64,000 nt of DNA from Cetorhinus maximus (taxonomy: Eukaryota): positions 11,222,001-11,286,000 of the forward strand of contig NC_135911.1 of NCBI RefSeq assembly GCF_964194155.1, read 5' to 3'. The position numbers were made by a program, and so were the translations under genes. Positions 1 through 10,800 of the stretch are shown piece by piece. How positions within the stretch are numbered: position 1 is the stretch's first letter; each line of letters begins with the position of its first letter. The notes beneath the pieces were generated by a model that was not told the origin of the DNA, did not search any database, and worked only from the letters and a program-made list of their open reading frames with translations.

Positions 1-965
1 CCCTATATCTGTAACATCCTCCAGCCCCTACAACCATCCCCATCTCTGTAACCTCCTCCAGCAGCTCAAGCCTCCCCATCTCTGAGACCTCCTCTAGCGC
101 CTACAACCCTCCCTATTGCTATAAACTCGACCAGCCCCTTCAACCTTCCCTATCTCTGTAACGTCATCCAGCCCCTACAACCCTCCCTATCTCTGTAACC
201 TCCTACAGCCCCTACAACACTCCCTATCTCTGTAACCTACTCCAGCCCCTACAACCCTCCCTATCTCTGTAACATCCTCCAGCACCTACAAATCTCCCTA
301 TCTCTGTAACCTCCTCCAGCCCCTACAGCCCTCCCTATCTCTGTAACATCCTCCAGCCTCTACAACCCTCCCCATCTCTGTAAGCTCCTCCAGCAGTTAC
401 AACCCTCCCCATCTCTGTGAACACATCTAGCCCCTATAACCCTCTACTTCTCTGTGACCTCCTCCAGCCCCTACTGCCCTCCCTATCTCTGTAACCTCCA
501 CCAGTCCCTACAACACTCCCTATCTCTGTAACCTTCTCCAGCCCGTACAACACTGCCAAAATCTGTAACCTTCTCCAGCACCTACAAACCTCCCTATCAC
601 TTCAACCTCCTCCAGCCCCTACAACGCTCCCCATCTCTGTGAACACCTCCAGCCCCTACAACCCTCCCCATTTCTGTGACCTCCTCTATCACCTGCAACC
701 CTCCCTATCTCTGTAGCGTTCTCCAGGCCTTACAACAATCCCTATCTGTTTAAACTCTTCCAGCGCCGACAAACCTCCACATCTCTGTAACATCCTCCAG
801 CCCCTCCAACCCTCCCTATCTCTGTAACATCCTCCAGCCCCTACAACACTCCCTAACTCTGTAACCTCCTCCAGCCCCAACAAAGCACACTAACTTTGTA
901 ACCTCCTGCAGCCCCTACAACCCTCCCCAAATCTGTGACCTCCTCCAGCCCCTACAACCCTCCCC
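1..965. repeat. 37-bp minisatellite (CCCTACAACCCTCCCTATCTCTGTAACCTCCTCCAGC)n
   Basis: Direct tandem units, period 37. Confidence 0.9.
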
Positions 966-1166
966 GTTTCCCCAGTACTGGAGCCAGAGCCCATGAATAG
1001 ACACTCACGGTATATGTGTCACACAGGGACCCTCCATCTCTTGTGGGCTGCATCTTTTGCCTCATCACATCCCCAAGAAGGACCTCGGTGTTGGGGGACA
1101 TTTTACTTTGTCCAAGGCGCTATCAGAATTCAGGTTTTTGTCGTAATTGGTGTGCAGGGTTCACGT

Positions 1167-1502
1167 GTCCAGTAATGGAGATTGATTGTCCAGTAATGGT
1201 GATTGATTGTCCAGTAATGGTGATTGATTGTCCAGTAATGGTGATTGATTGTCCAGTAATGGTGATTGATTGTCCAGTAATGGTGATTGATTGTCCAGTA
1301 ATGGTGATTGATTGTCCAGTAATGGTGACTGATTGTCCAGTAATGGTGATTGATTGTCCAGTAATGGAGATTGATTGTCCAGTAATGGAGATTGATTGTC
1401 CAGTAATGGTGATTGATTGTACAGCAATGGTGATTGATTGTCCAGTAATGGTGATTGATTGTCCAGTAATGGTGATTGATTGTCCAGTAATGGTGATTGA
1501 TT
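1167..1502. repeat. 21-bp VNTR (GTCCAGTAATGGTGATTGATT)x16
   Basis: Tandem 21-mers; translate as CPVMVID. Confidence 0.92.
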
Positions 1503-1709
1503 CAGGGTTTGTGCCTGGACAACGTATCAATACAGACCTGAGGTCAACAGCTACAAGCGTCTCTCCTTCCAGAATTCGCTTCTCAAAAGAGGTCTTGCAG
1601 CTCATTAATGATTAGCCACGTCCAATTGCTGGGACTGTCACTTTAAGCCACATATATAAAGGACAGGGGCTTCACTGGGATCATTCCCTGCGCTGGGATA
1701 AGCTGTAAG

Positions 1710-1749
1710 ATGCAGGCTTTCCTCTTCACCCTGCTCCTGGGAGCAGCAG
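1710..1749 (+). pseudogene. Orphan exon 1 of the protease with intact promoter and splice donor; no exons 2-5 before the next promoter
   Basis: [14 protein letters not shown]|GT, TATATAAA at 1653-1660. Followed by L2 and the 37-bp array, then the upstream module of copy A. Confidence 0.8.
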
Positions 1750-2107
1750 GTATGATCACAGTTATACTGAAATGTGTGTGTGGGGGTCCACATGTTTGAC
1801 CCCCAGATTTGCTCACTGTCAAACCATTCCTATTTCCCCCTCCGCAACATTGTCCAGCTTCACCCCGACCCCGTCTCGTCTCATCTCATCTACTGCTGAA
1901 ACCCTCATCAAATCCAGCATTGCCCCCAGATGCGACTATTCTGACAAATCCCTGACTGTTCTCCCACTTTCCACCCTCCATAAACTTGAGGTCATTCGTA
2001 CCTCTGCTGCCTGTGTCTTAACTCGCACTGAGTCACACTCACCTATCACCTCTGGTGCTCACAGTCCAGCATTGGCTCCTGGTTAGCAACATATTGATTT
2101 TAAAATT

Positions 2108-4125
2108 CCACCAGCCCCTACAAACCTCCCTATCTCTGTAACCTCCTCCAGCCCCTGCAACCCTCCCTATCTCTGTAACCTCCTCCAGACCCTACAACAC
2201 TCCCTATCTCTGTAACCTCCTCCAGCCCCTACAACCCTCCCTATCTCTGTAACCTCCTCCAGACCCTACAACCCTCCCTATCTCTGTAACCTCCTCCAGC
2301 CCCTACAACCCTCCCTATCTCTGTAACCTCCTCCAGCCCCTACAACCCTCCCTATCTCTGTAACCTCCTCCAGCCCCTACAACCCTCCCTATCTCTGTAA
2401 CCTCCTCCAGCCCCTACAACCCTCCCTATCTCTGTAACCTCCTCCAGCCCCTACAACCCTCCCTATCTCTGTAACCTCCTCCAGTCCCTACAACACTCCC
2501 TATATCTATAAACTTCTCCAGCCCCTACAACACTGCCAAACTCTGTAACCTTCTCCAGCCCCTACAACACTCACTATCGCTGTAACCTCCTCTGCCCCTA
2601 CAGCACTCCCTATCTCTGCAACCTCCTCCACCACCTACAAACTTCCCTATCTCTTCAACCTCCTCCAGCCCCTAAAACCCTCCCCATCTCTGTTAACACC
2701 TCCAGCCCCTAAAACGCTCCCCATCTCTGTAACCTCCTCCAGACCCTACACCCCTCCCTATCTCTGTAACCTCCTCCAGCCCTACGAACCTCCCTATCTC
2801 TGTAAACTCCTCCAGCCCCTACAACACTCCCCATCTCTGTAACCTCTTCCAGCATTTACAATTCTCCTTATCTTTGTAACCGCCTCCAGACATTACAACC
2901 CTCCATATCTCGATGACCCCCTACAGTCCCTACAGCACTGCCTTTCACTGCAACCTACTCCAGCCCAAACAACCCACCGTATCTCTGTAACCTCCTCCAG
3001 CACCTACAACACTCACAAACAGCCAAATTCCCCCCGCCCCTGCAACCCAACCTATCTCAATAACCTCCTCCAGCCCCTACAACCCTCCCCATCTGTAACC
3101 TCCTCTAGCCCCTGCAACCCTCCCTATCTCTGTAACCTCATCCAGCGCCTACAAACCTCCCTATCTCTGTAACCTCATCCAGCGCCTACAAACCTCCCTA
3201 TCTCTTCAACCTCCTGCAGCCCCTACAACACTCCCCATCTCCGCAAATTCCTCCAAACCCCACAACTCACTCTATGTCTGTAACCTCCTGCAGCCCATAC
3301 AAACCTCCGTATCTCTGTAACCTCCTCCAGCACCTACAACACTCCCTATCTCTGTAACCTCCTCCAGCCCCTACAACCCTCCCTATGTCTATAACATCCT
3401 CCATCCCCCACAACACTCCCCATCTCTGTAACCTCCTCCAGCAGTTACAAACCTCCCCATCTCTGTGAACACCTCTAGCCCCTACAACCCTCCACATCTC
3501 TGTGAACTCCTCCAGCCCCTACAACCCTGCCTAGCACTGTAACCTCCTCCAGCCCCTACAACACTCCCTATCTCTGTAACCTTCTCCAGCCCCTACAACC
3601 CTCCCTATCACTGTAACCTCCTCCAGCCCCTACAACACTCCCTGTCTCTGTAACCTTCTCCAGCCCCTACAACACTGCCTATCTCTGTAACCTTCTCCAG
3701 CCCCTACAACACTGCCAAATTCTGCAACCTTCTCCAGCCCCTACAACACTCCCTATCTCTGTAAACTCCTCCAGCCCCTACAACACTCACTATCTCTGTA
3801 ACCTCCTCTGGCCCCTTCAACACTCCCTATCTCTGTAACCTCCTCCAGCCCCTACAACCCTCCCCATCTCTGTGAACACCTCCAGCCCCTAAAACGCTCC
3901 CCATCTTTGTGACCTCCTGAAGCCCCTACAACCCCCCCTATCTCTGTAGCCTGCTCCAGGCCTTACAACAATCCCTACCTCTGTAACCTCCTCCAGCCCC
4001 TACAACACTCCATATCTCTGTAACCTCTTCCAGCCCCTACAACACTCACTAACTTTGTAACCTCGTCCAGCCCTTACAACCACCCCCATCTCTGTGACCT
4101 CCTACAGCCCCTACAACCCTCCCCG
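2108..4125. repeat. 37-bp minisatellite array
   Basis: Near-perfect units around 2281-2480 (period 37), diverged distally. Confidence 0.92.
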
Positions 4126-4629
4126 TTTCGCCAGTACTGGTGCCAGACCCCATGAATAGAAACCCAATTCTCCCACACAAATCTTACAGCCACACAGTCA
4201 TACAAACATACTGACATAAGTACAATCAGAGGACTCCAGCCTAAGGGCTGTGAGCGCCTCTGGGGACAACACAATCCAGGTGCCCACACCTCTCCACCTC
4301 CTGCACCCTAGATGCATCGCAGAGTCCAAAGCCCGGACTCCAGCTCATTAGTCTCTGAGCTGGAGTTCCTCGAGCTGCGGACACTCACGGTAGATGTGTC
4401 ACACAGGGACCCTCCATCCCTTGTGGGCAGCAACTTTTTGCCTCATCACATCCCCGCGAAGCACCTCAGTGGTGGGGGGACGTTTTACTTTGTCCAAGAC
4501 GCTATCGGAATGCAAGTTTCTGTCGTAATTGGCGTGTAGGGTGGACGTGTCCAGTAATGGTGATTGATTGTCCAGTAATGGTGATTGATTGTCCAGTAAT
4601 GGTGATTGATTGTCCAGTAATGGTGATTG

Positions 4630-4837
4630 ATTCAGGGTTTGTGCCTGGACAACGTATCAATACAGACCTGAGGTCAACAGCTAAGGCGTCTCTCCTCTAG
4701 AATTCGCTTCTCAAATGATGTCTTGAAGCTGATTCATGATTAGCCACGTCCGATTGCTGGGACTGTCACTTTAAGCCACATATATAAAGGACAGGAGCTT
4801 CACTGGGATCATTCCCTGCGCTGGGATAAGCTGTAAG
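4630..4837 (+). promoter_or_regulatory. Proximal promoter/5'UTR of copy A, TATA box 4781-4788
   Basis: TATATAAA 57 nt upstream of the ATG; a ~205-nt block conserved in all eight modules. Confidence 0.75.
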
Positions 4838-7800
4838 ATGCAAGCTTTCCTCTTCACCCTGCTCCTGGGAGCAGCAGGTATGATCACAGATATACTGAAA
4901 TGTGTGTGTGGGGGTCCACAAGCGTGGCTGTTTGTCTGGCAATGTCTGCTCTCCCTGGCTACCCATCCCCATTCCTTTCCCTGGCAACAGGCTGAGACTG
5001 AACCTGTCAGCTTGTAACCTCGGGGTCACATTTGAGCCCCAGATTTGCTCACTGTCAAACCATTCCTATTTCCCCCTCCGCAACATTGCCCAGCTTCACC
5101 CCGACCCCGTCTCCTCTCATCTCATCTACTGCTGAAACCCTCATCCAATCCAGCATTGCCCCCAGATGCGACTATTCTGACAAATCCCTGACTGTTCTCC
5201 CACGTTCCACCCTCCGTAAACTTGAGGTCATCCGAACCTCTGCTGCCCGTGCCTTAACTCGCACTGAGTCCCACTCAACTATCATCTCTGGTGCTCGCTG
5301 ACCAGCATTGGCTCCTGGTTAGCAACATATTGATTTTAAAATTCCACCAGCCCCTACAACCCTCCCTATCTCTGTAACCTCCTCCAGCCCCTACAACCCT
5401 CCCTATCTCTGTAACCACCTCCAGCGCATACAATCCTCCCTATCTCTGTAACCACCTCCAGCCCCTACAACCCTCCCTATCTCTGTAACCTCCTCCAGCC
5501 CCTACAACCCTCCCTATCTCTGTAACCACCTCCAGCGCATACAATCCTCCCTATCTCTGTAACCACCTCCAGCGCCTACAACCCTCACTATCCCTGTAAC
5601 CTCCTCCAGCCCCTACAACGCTCCCTATCTCTGTAACCTCCTCCAGCCCCTACAACCCTCCCTATCTCTGTAACCTCCTCCAGCACCTAGAACACTCCCT
5701 ATCTCTGTAACGTCCTCCAGCCCCTACAATTGTCCCTACCTCTGTAACCTCCTCCTGCCTCTACAACTCTCCCTACCTCTGTAACCTCCTCCAGCGCCTA
5801 CAACCCTCCCTATCCCTCTCACCTTCTCCAGCCCCTACAAACCTCCCTATTTCTGTAACCTCCTCCAGTCCCTACAACCCTCTGAGATCTCTGCTCTCCT
5901 CCAATTCCGGCCTCTTGACCATCCCCCGATTCCCATCGCTGCACCATTGGCAGCCGTGCCATCAGCTGCCTGGGGCCCTGAGCCCTGAAAATCCCTCCCT
6001 AAACCTCTCCACCTCTCTCTGTCTCTCTTTCTCACTCTCTCCTTCCCCCTTTAAAACGCTCCTAAAATCCAATCGTTTTGACTAAACCTTTGGCTGCCTG
6101 TCCCTGATGTCTCTTTATGTGACTCAGCGAGATACTTTGTTTGATAATCAACCCTGTGAAGCTGTTTCATTATGTTAAAGGCACTATAGAAACGTAAGAT
6201 TTTGTTGTTGCTAAGTGTCTGAGTGTGTGCAAATGCAAGCGTGTGTATGTGTTTGAGTGAAAGTTTTTGTGTGTGTGTGTCTGAGTGTGTATGTGTACAT
6301 GTACAGGTGTGGGAGTGTGTATTTGTGTGTGTGTGTGATTGTGTGGCTGAGTGTAAGTGTGTTTTTGTGTGTGGGTGTGTGTGACTGTGGGTGTGTGTGA
6401 CTGTGTGTATTTGTGTGCGTGTGTATTTCTGTGCGCGTGTATTTGTGTGCATATGTATTTGGGTGCGTGTGTGTGTAAGTAAGTGTGTGTGTTTGTGTGT
6501 GTGTGAATGTGTGTAAGCGTGTATGTGTGTGTGACTGCGGAAGTGTGTGTGTGATTTTGTGTAAGCGTGTATGAGTGTGTGACTGCGTAAGTGTGTGTGT
6601 GGTTGTGTGTGATTGTGTGTAAGTGTGTGTGTGTGACTGTGGGTGCGTGTGTCAAATCAGACGATGACCCTCACTCTCTGTATTTTTCTTTACTCAGCTG
6701 CTGCTCCTGCGAATGTGAAGATCATTAACGGCCAGAATTGTTATCCTCACTCTATGCCCTGGCAGGTTTTTCTGACCTATAATGGGAATCGCTGGTGTGG
6801 GGGCTCCCTGATAAACCACCACTGGATAGTGTCAGCTGCTCATTGTTACCAACCGTAAGTCCAGAGATGATCACAGCAACAAGCAAACATAAAAACATAC
6901 ACAAACATACAAACATACACAAACATACAAACATACACAAACATACACAAACATACATACAAACATACACAAACATACAAATGTCCACAAACATACATAC
7001 AAACATACACAAACATACATAAACATACAAACACTCACAAACATACATACAAACATACACAAACATGCATAAACATACCAACACTCACAAACATACATAC
7101 ATTCATACACAGACATACATAAACATACAATGACCCACAAACATACACAAGCATGCTTACATGCAAACATACACAAACATACACACACTCAAACATACAT
7201 ACAAGCGTACACAAACATACAAACATACATACAAACATACACAAACATACATACAAACATACACAAATATACACAAACATACATACAAAAACACACGAAT
7301 ACACACAAACATACATACAAGCATACACAAACATACGAACACTCACAAACACACAAACACACACAAACATACAAACATAGACAAACATACATACAAACAT
7401 ATACAATCATACACAGATCAACACTGAATGATACAGAGACAAAAACATGAACATACAGATGTCCAAGCATACAATCTTACAGCGCACACATATAAACAAT
7501 GATGGAGTAATAAGGGTTCTCTTGCAGACATTTCTCATACTTTCTGTATCACAATATGTGCACTCACCCTCCAAAAACGCTATATAGAAACTTCATCATC
7601 CCCCAAAAACCTCCAGAAAAAGGCTAAACTCCAGATGACTAATGCCCGGGTAGTGAGGGGGCAGTTTGACACTGGCCTCCTCTACATTCTTTTCTTATTC
7701 TTGTTGGCAAGAAGGACCCAAAATTAATGATTAAAACAGGGGTCAAACTGAAAGGAAGGAGCAAGCCAAAGAGGAGCAGCAGATACAAAACACGGGCTTC

Positions 7801-10800
7801 AGCCTCAGCTGGAGGATTGTGTCCAGCTCTGGGCACCACACTTTAGGAAGGATGTGAAGGCATTAGAGAGAGAGCAGTAAGGATTCATGAGAATGGATCC
7901 AGGGATGAGGAACAACAGTTAATGTGGAGAGAGTGGAGGAGCTGGGACTGTTCTCCTTGGGGAATATGTATGTTTGTGTATGTTTGTATGTTTGTGTATG
8001 TTTGTATGTTTGTGTATGTTTGTGTATGTTTGTGTATGTTTGTATGTTTGTGTATGTTTGTATGTTTGTGTATGTTTGTATGTTTGTGTATGTTTGTATG
8101 TTTGTGTATGTTTGTATGTTGGTGTATGTTTGTATGTTGGTGTATGTTTGTATGTTTGTGTATGTTTGTATGTATGTCTCTCCTTGAAGAAGAGAAGGTC
8201 GAGAGGAGGTTTGATAGAGGGGTTCAAAATCACGAGGGGTCTGGACTGGGTAGAGAGGGAGAAACCGTTCCCATTGGGGGGAAGGATCGAGAACCAGAGG
8301 GGCACAGATTTAAGGGGATTAGTAAAAGAAGCAACGGAGACATGAGGAGAAACTTTTTCACCCTGCGAGTGGCTAGGATCTGGAATGCACTGCCCGAGAG
8401 TTTGAGGGAGGCAGGTTCAATCGAGGCTTTCGAAAGGGAATCAGGTTGTTATCCGAAGGGGAAACATTTGCAGGGTTACGGGTAAAGGACAGGGGGAATG
8501 GGTTTAGGTGAGTTGCTCTTTCAGAGAGCAGACAGGGACACGACAGGCTGAATGGCCTCAAGCTGCGCGATAACCATTCGGCGGCTTCCGGGAAACAGGA
8601 AGTGGGGAAATGACAGTGTTGAGCACTTCTCCTCTGATTGCCCAGGGCCAGCATCCTCGTGGCGCATCTGGGCGAACACAACCTCTCTCACCCCGAGGGG
8701 ACGGAGCAGCGAATCCAAGTGGCCTCGGCCATCGTGCACCCCAGGTTCGACCACATGAACTTCAACAACGACATCATGCTGCTCAAACTCGCCTGGCCCG
8801 CCAAATTCGACCGGTACGTCAGACCCATCCCTCTGCCCAGCCAGTGTGCCACAGCCGGGACTGGATGCATCACCTCTGGCTGGGGGAATCTCGTGATTAA
8901 CGGAGGTAAGGAGGGCCGGGGTGGTGAGGGGTTGGTGGAGGGGGGAGCAGGAAGGCGAGTTGGGGTTGGGGGCTGTTGGTTAGAACCTGAATGAATACTG
9001 CGCTGGTTTGAGGGGATGGTGGGTGGGAGGGCAGTGGGGGGTGTTGGAATGTGCGATCAAGCAATAATACTTCACTTTCCAGGCATAACTGAAATGTAGA
9101 CATCACTGCTCCCTGGAGACCTGTCCCAGCTTTGGAGACAATTGCAGAGATTTACTAGAAATGTGCCGGCTCTTTGAAGGATCTATCTAATGAGTCCCCA
9201 CTCTCCCCCTGCTCTTTCCCACATAGCCCTATAATTTCCCTCCCTTCAAGTATTTCTCCAATTCCCCCTTTTGGAAGTTCCTATTGAATCTGCTTCCACC
9301 GCCCTTTCAGGCAGCGCCTTCCAGATCACAACAACTCGCTGTGTCCAAAAAAATAATTCTCCTCATCTCCCCCTCTGGTTCTTTTCCCGATTCTCTTCAA
9401 TCTGTGTCCCTCTGGTTACCGACCCTCCTGCCGCTGGAAACACTTTCTCCTTATTGACTCTATCCAAACCCCTCATGGTTTTGAACATCTCGATTCAATC
9501 TCCCCCTTAACCTTCTCTGCTCTAAGGAGAACAATCCCAGCTTCTCCAGTCTCTCCACATTAGTCCCAAAACCTGTGCTCACAGCCCCACACCCAGACCC
9601 AATTAAGCTTGATTTTAGCAATAACACCTTTGTTTTAAAATCCCTCCATGCCTTTTCCCTCCCTATCTTTGTAACCTCCTCCAGCCCCTACAACCATCCT
9701 GATCTCTGTAACCTCCTCAAACCCTACAACCCTATCTCTGTAACCTCCTCCAGCCCCTACAACCACATCTCTGTAACCTCCTCAAGCCCCTACAACCCCA
9801 TCCCTGTAACCTCCTCAAGCCCCTACAACCATCCTGATTTCTGTAAACTCCTCAAGCCCTACAACCCTATCGCTGTAACCTCCTCCAGCCCCAACAAGCC
9901 CATCTCTATAACCACCTCCAGCCCCTACAACCCTGCCGATCTCTGTAACCTCCTCCAACCCCTACCACAATCCCTATCTCTGTAACCTACTCCAGCCCCT
10001 CCAAATAATCCTATCTCTGTAACCTCCTCCAGCTCCTACAACCCTCCCTATCTCTGTAAACTCCTCGAGCCCCAACAACCCTGCTTTTCTCTGTAACCTC
10101 CTCCAGCCCCAACAACCCTCCTGATCTCTGTAACCTCCTCAAGCCCTACAACCACATCTCTGTAACCTCCTCAAGCCACTACAAACATCATGATCTCTGT
10201 AACCTCCTCGAGCCCTACAACCCTATCTCTGTTACCTCCTCCAGTCCCTACAACCCCATCTCTATAACCTCCTCCAGCCCCTACAACCCTCCATATCTCT
10301 GTAACGTCCTCCAACCCCTACCACACTCCCTATCTCTGTAACCTACTCCAGCCCCTACAACCCTGCCAATCTCTGTAAACTCCTCCCACCCCTACAACCC
10401 TCCCTTTCTCTGTAACCTACTCGAAACCCTACAATCCTCCGAGATCTCTGCGCTCCTCCAATTCCAGCCTCATGAGCATCCCCCGATTCCCATCGCTCCA
10501 CCCTTGGCGGCCGTGCCTTCAGCTGCCTGGGGCCCTACGCTCTGGAATTCCCTCCCTAAACCTCTCCACCTCTCTCTCTTTCTCCCCCTTTAAAATACTC
10601 CTTAAAACGTCCCCTTTAACTGAGCTTTGGGTCATCTGTCCCTAATATCTCCTTATGTAGCCCGATGCCAAATTTAGCTTGTTCATGCTCTTATGAAGCA
10701 GCTTGGGATGTTTTATAAAGTTAACAGTTCTATATAAATTCAAGTATGCTGTTGTTATTAAGGTGGTGTTAATAGCAGTCTACGCGTGGGCACAATGAGT

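Noticed and set aside
1167-1502. Regular short repeats resembling a CRISPR array (also the 33- and 37-bp arrays)
   Set aside because: Head-to-tail tandem units with no unique spacers, no cas genes, and a spliceosomal-intron eukaryotic context.
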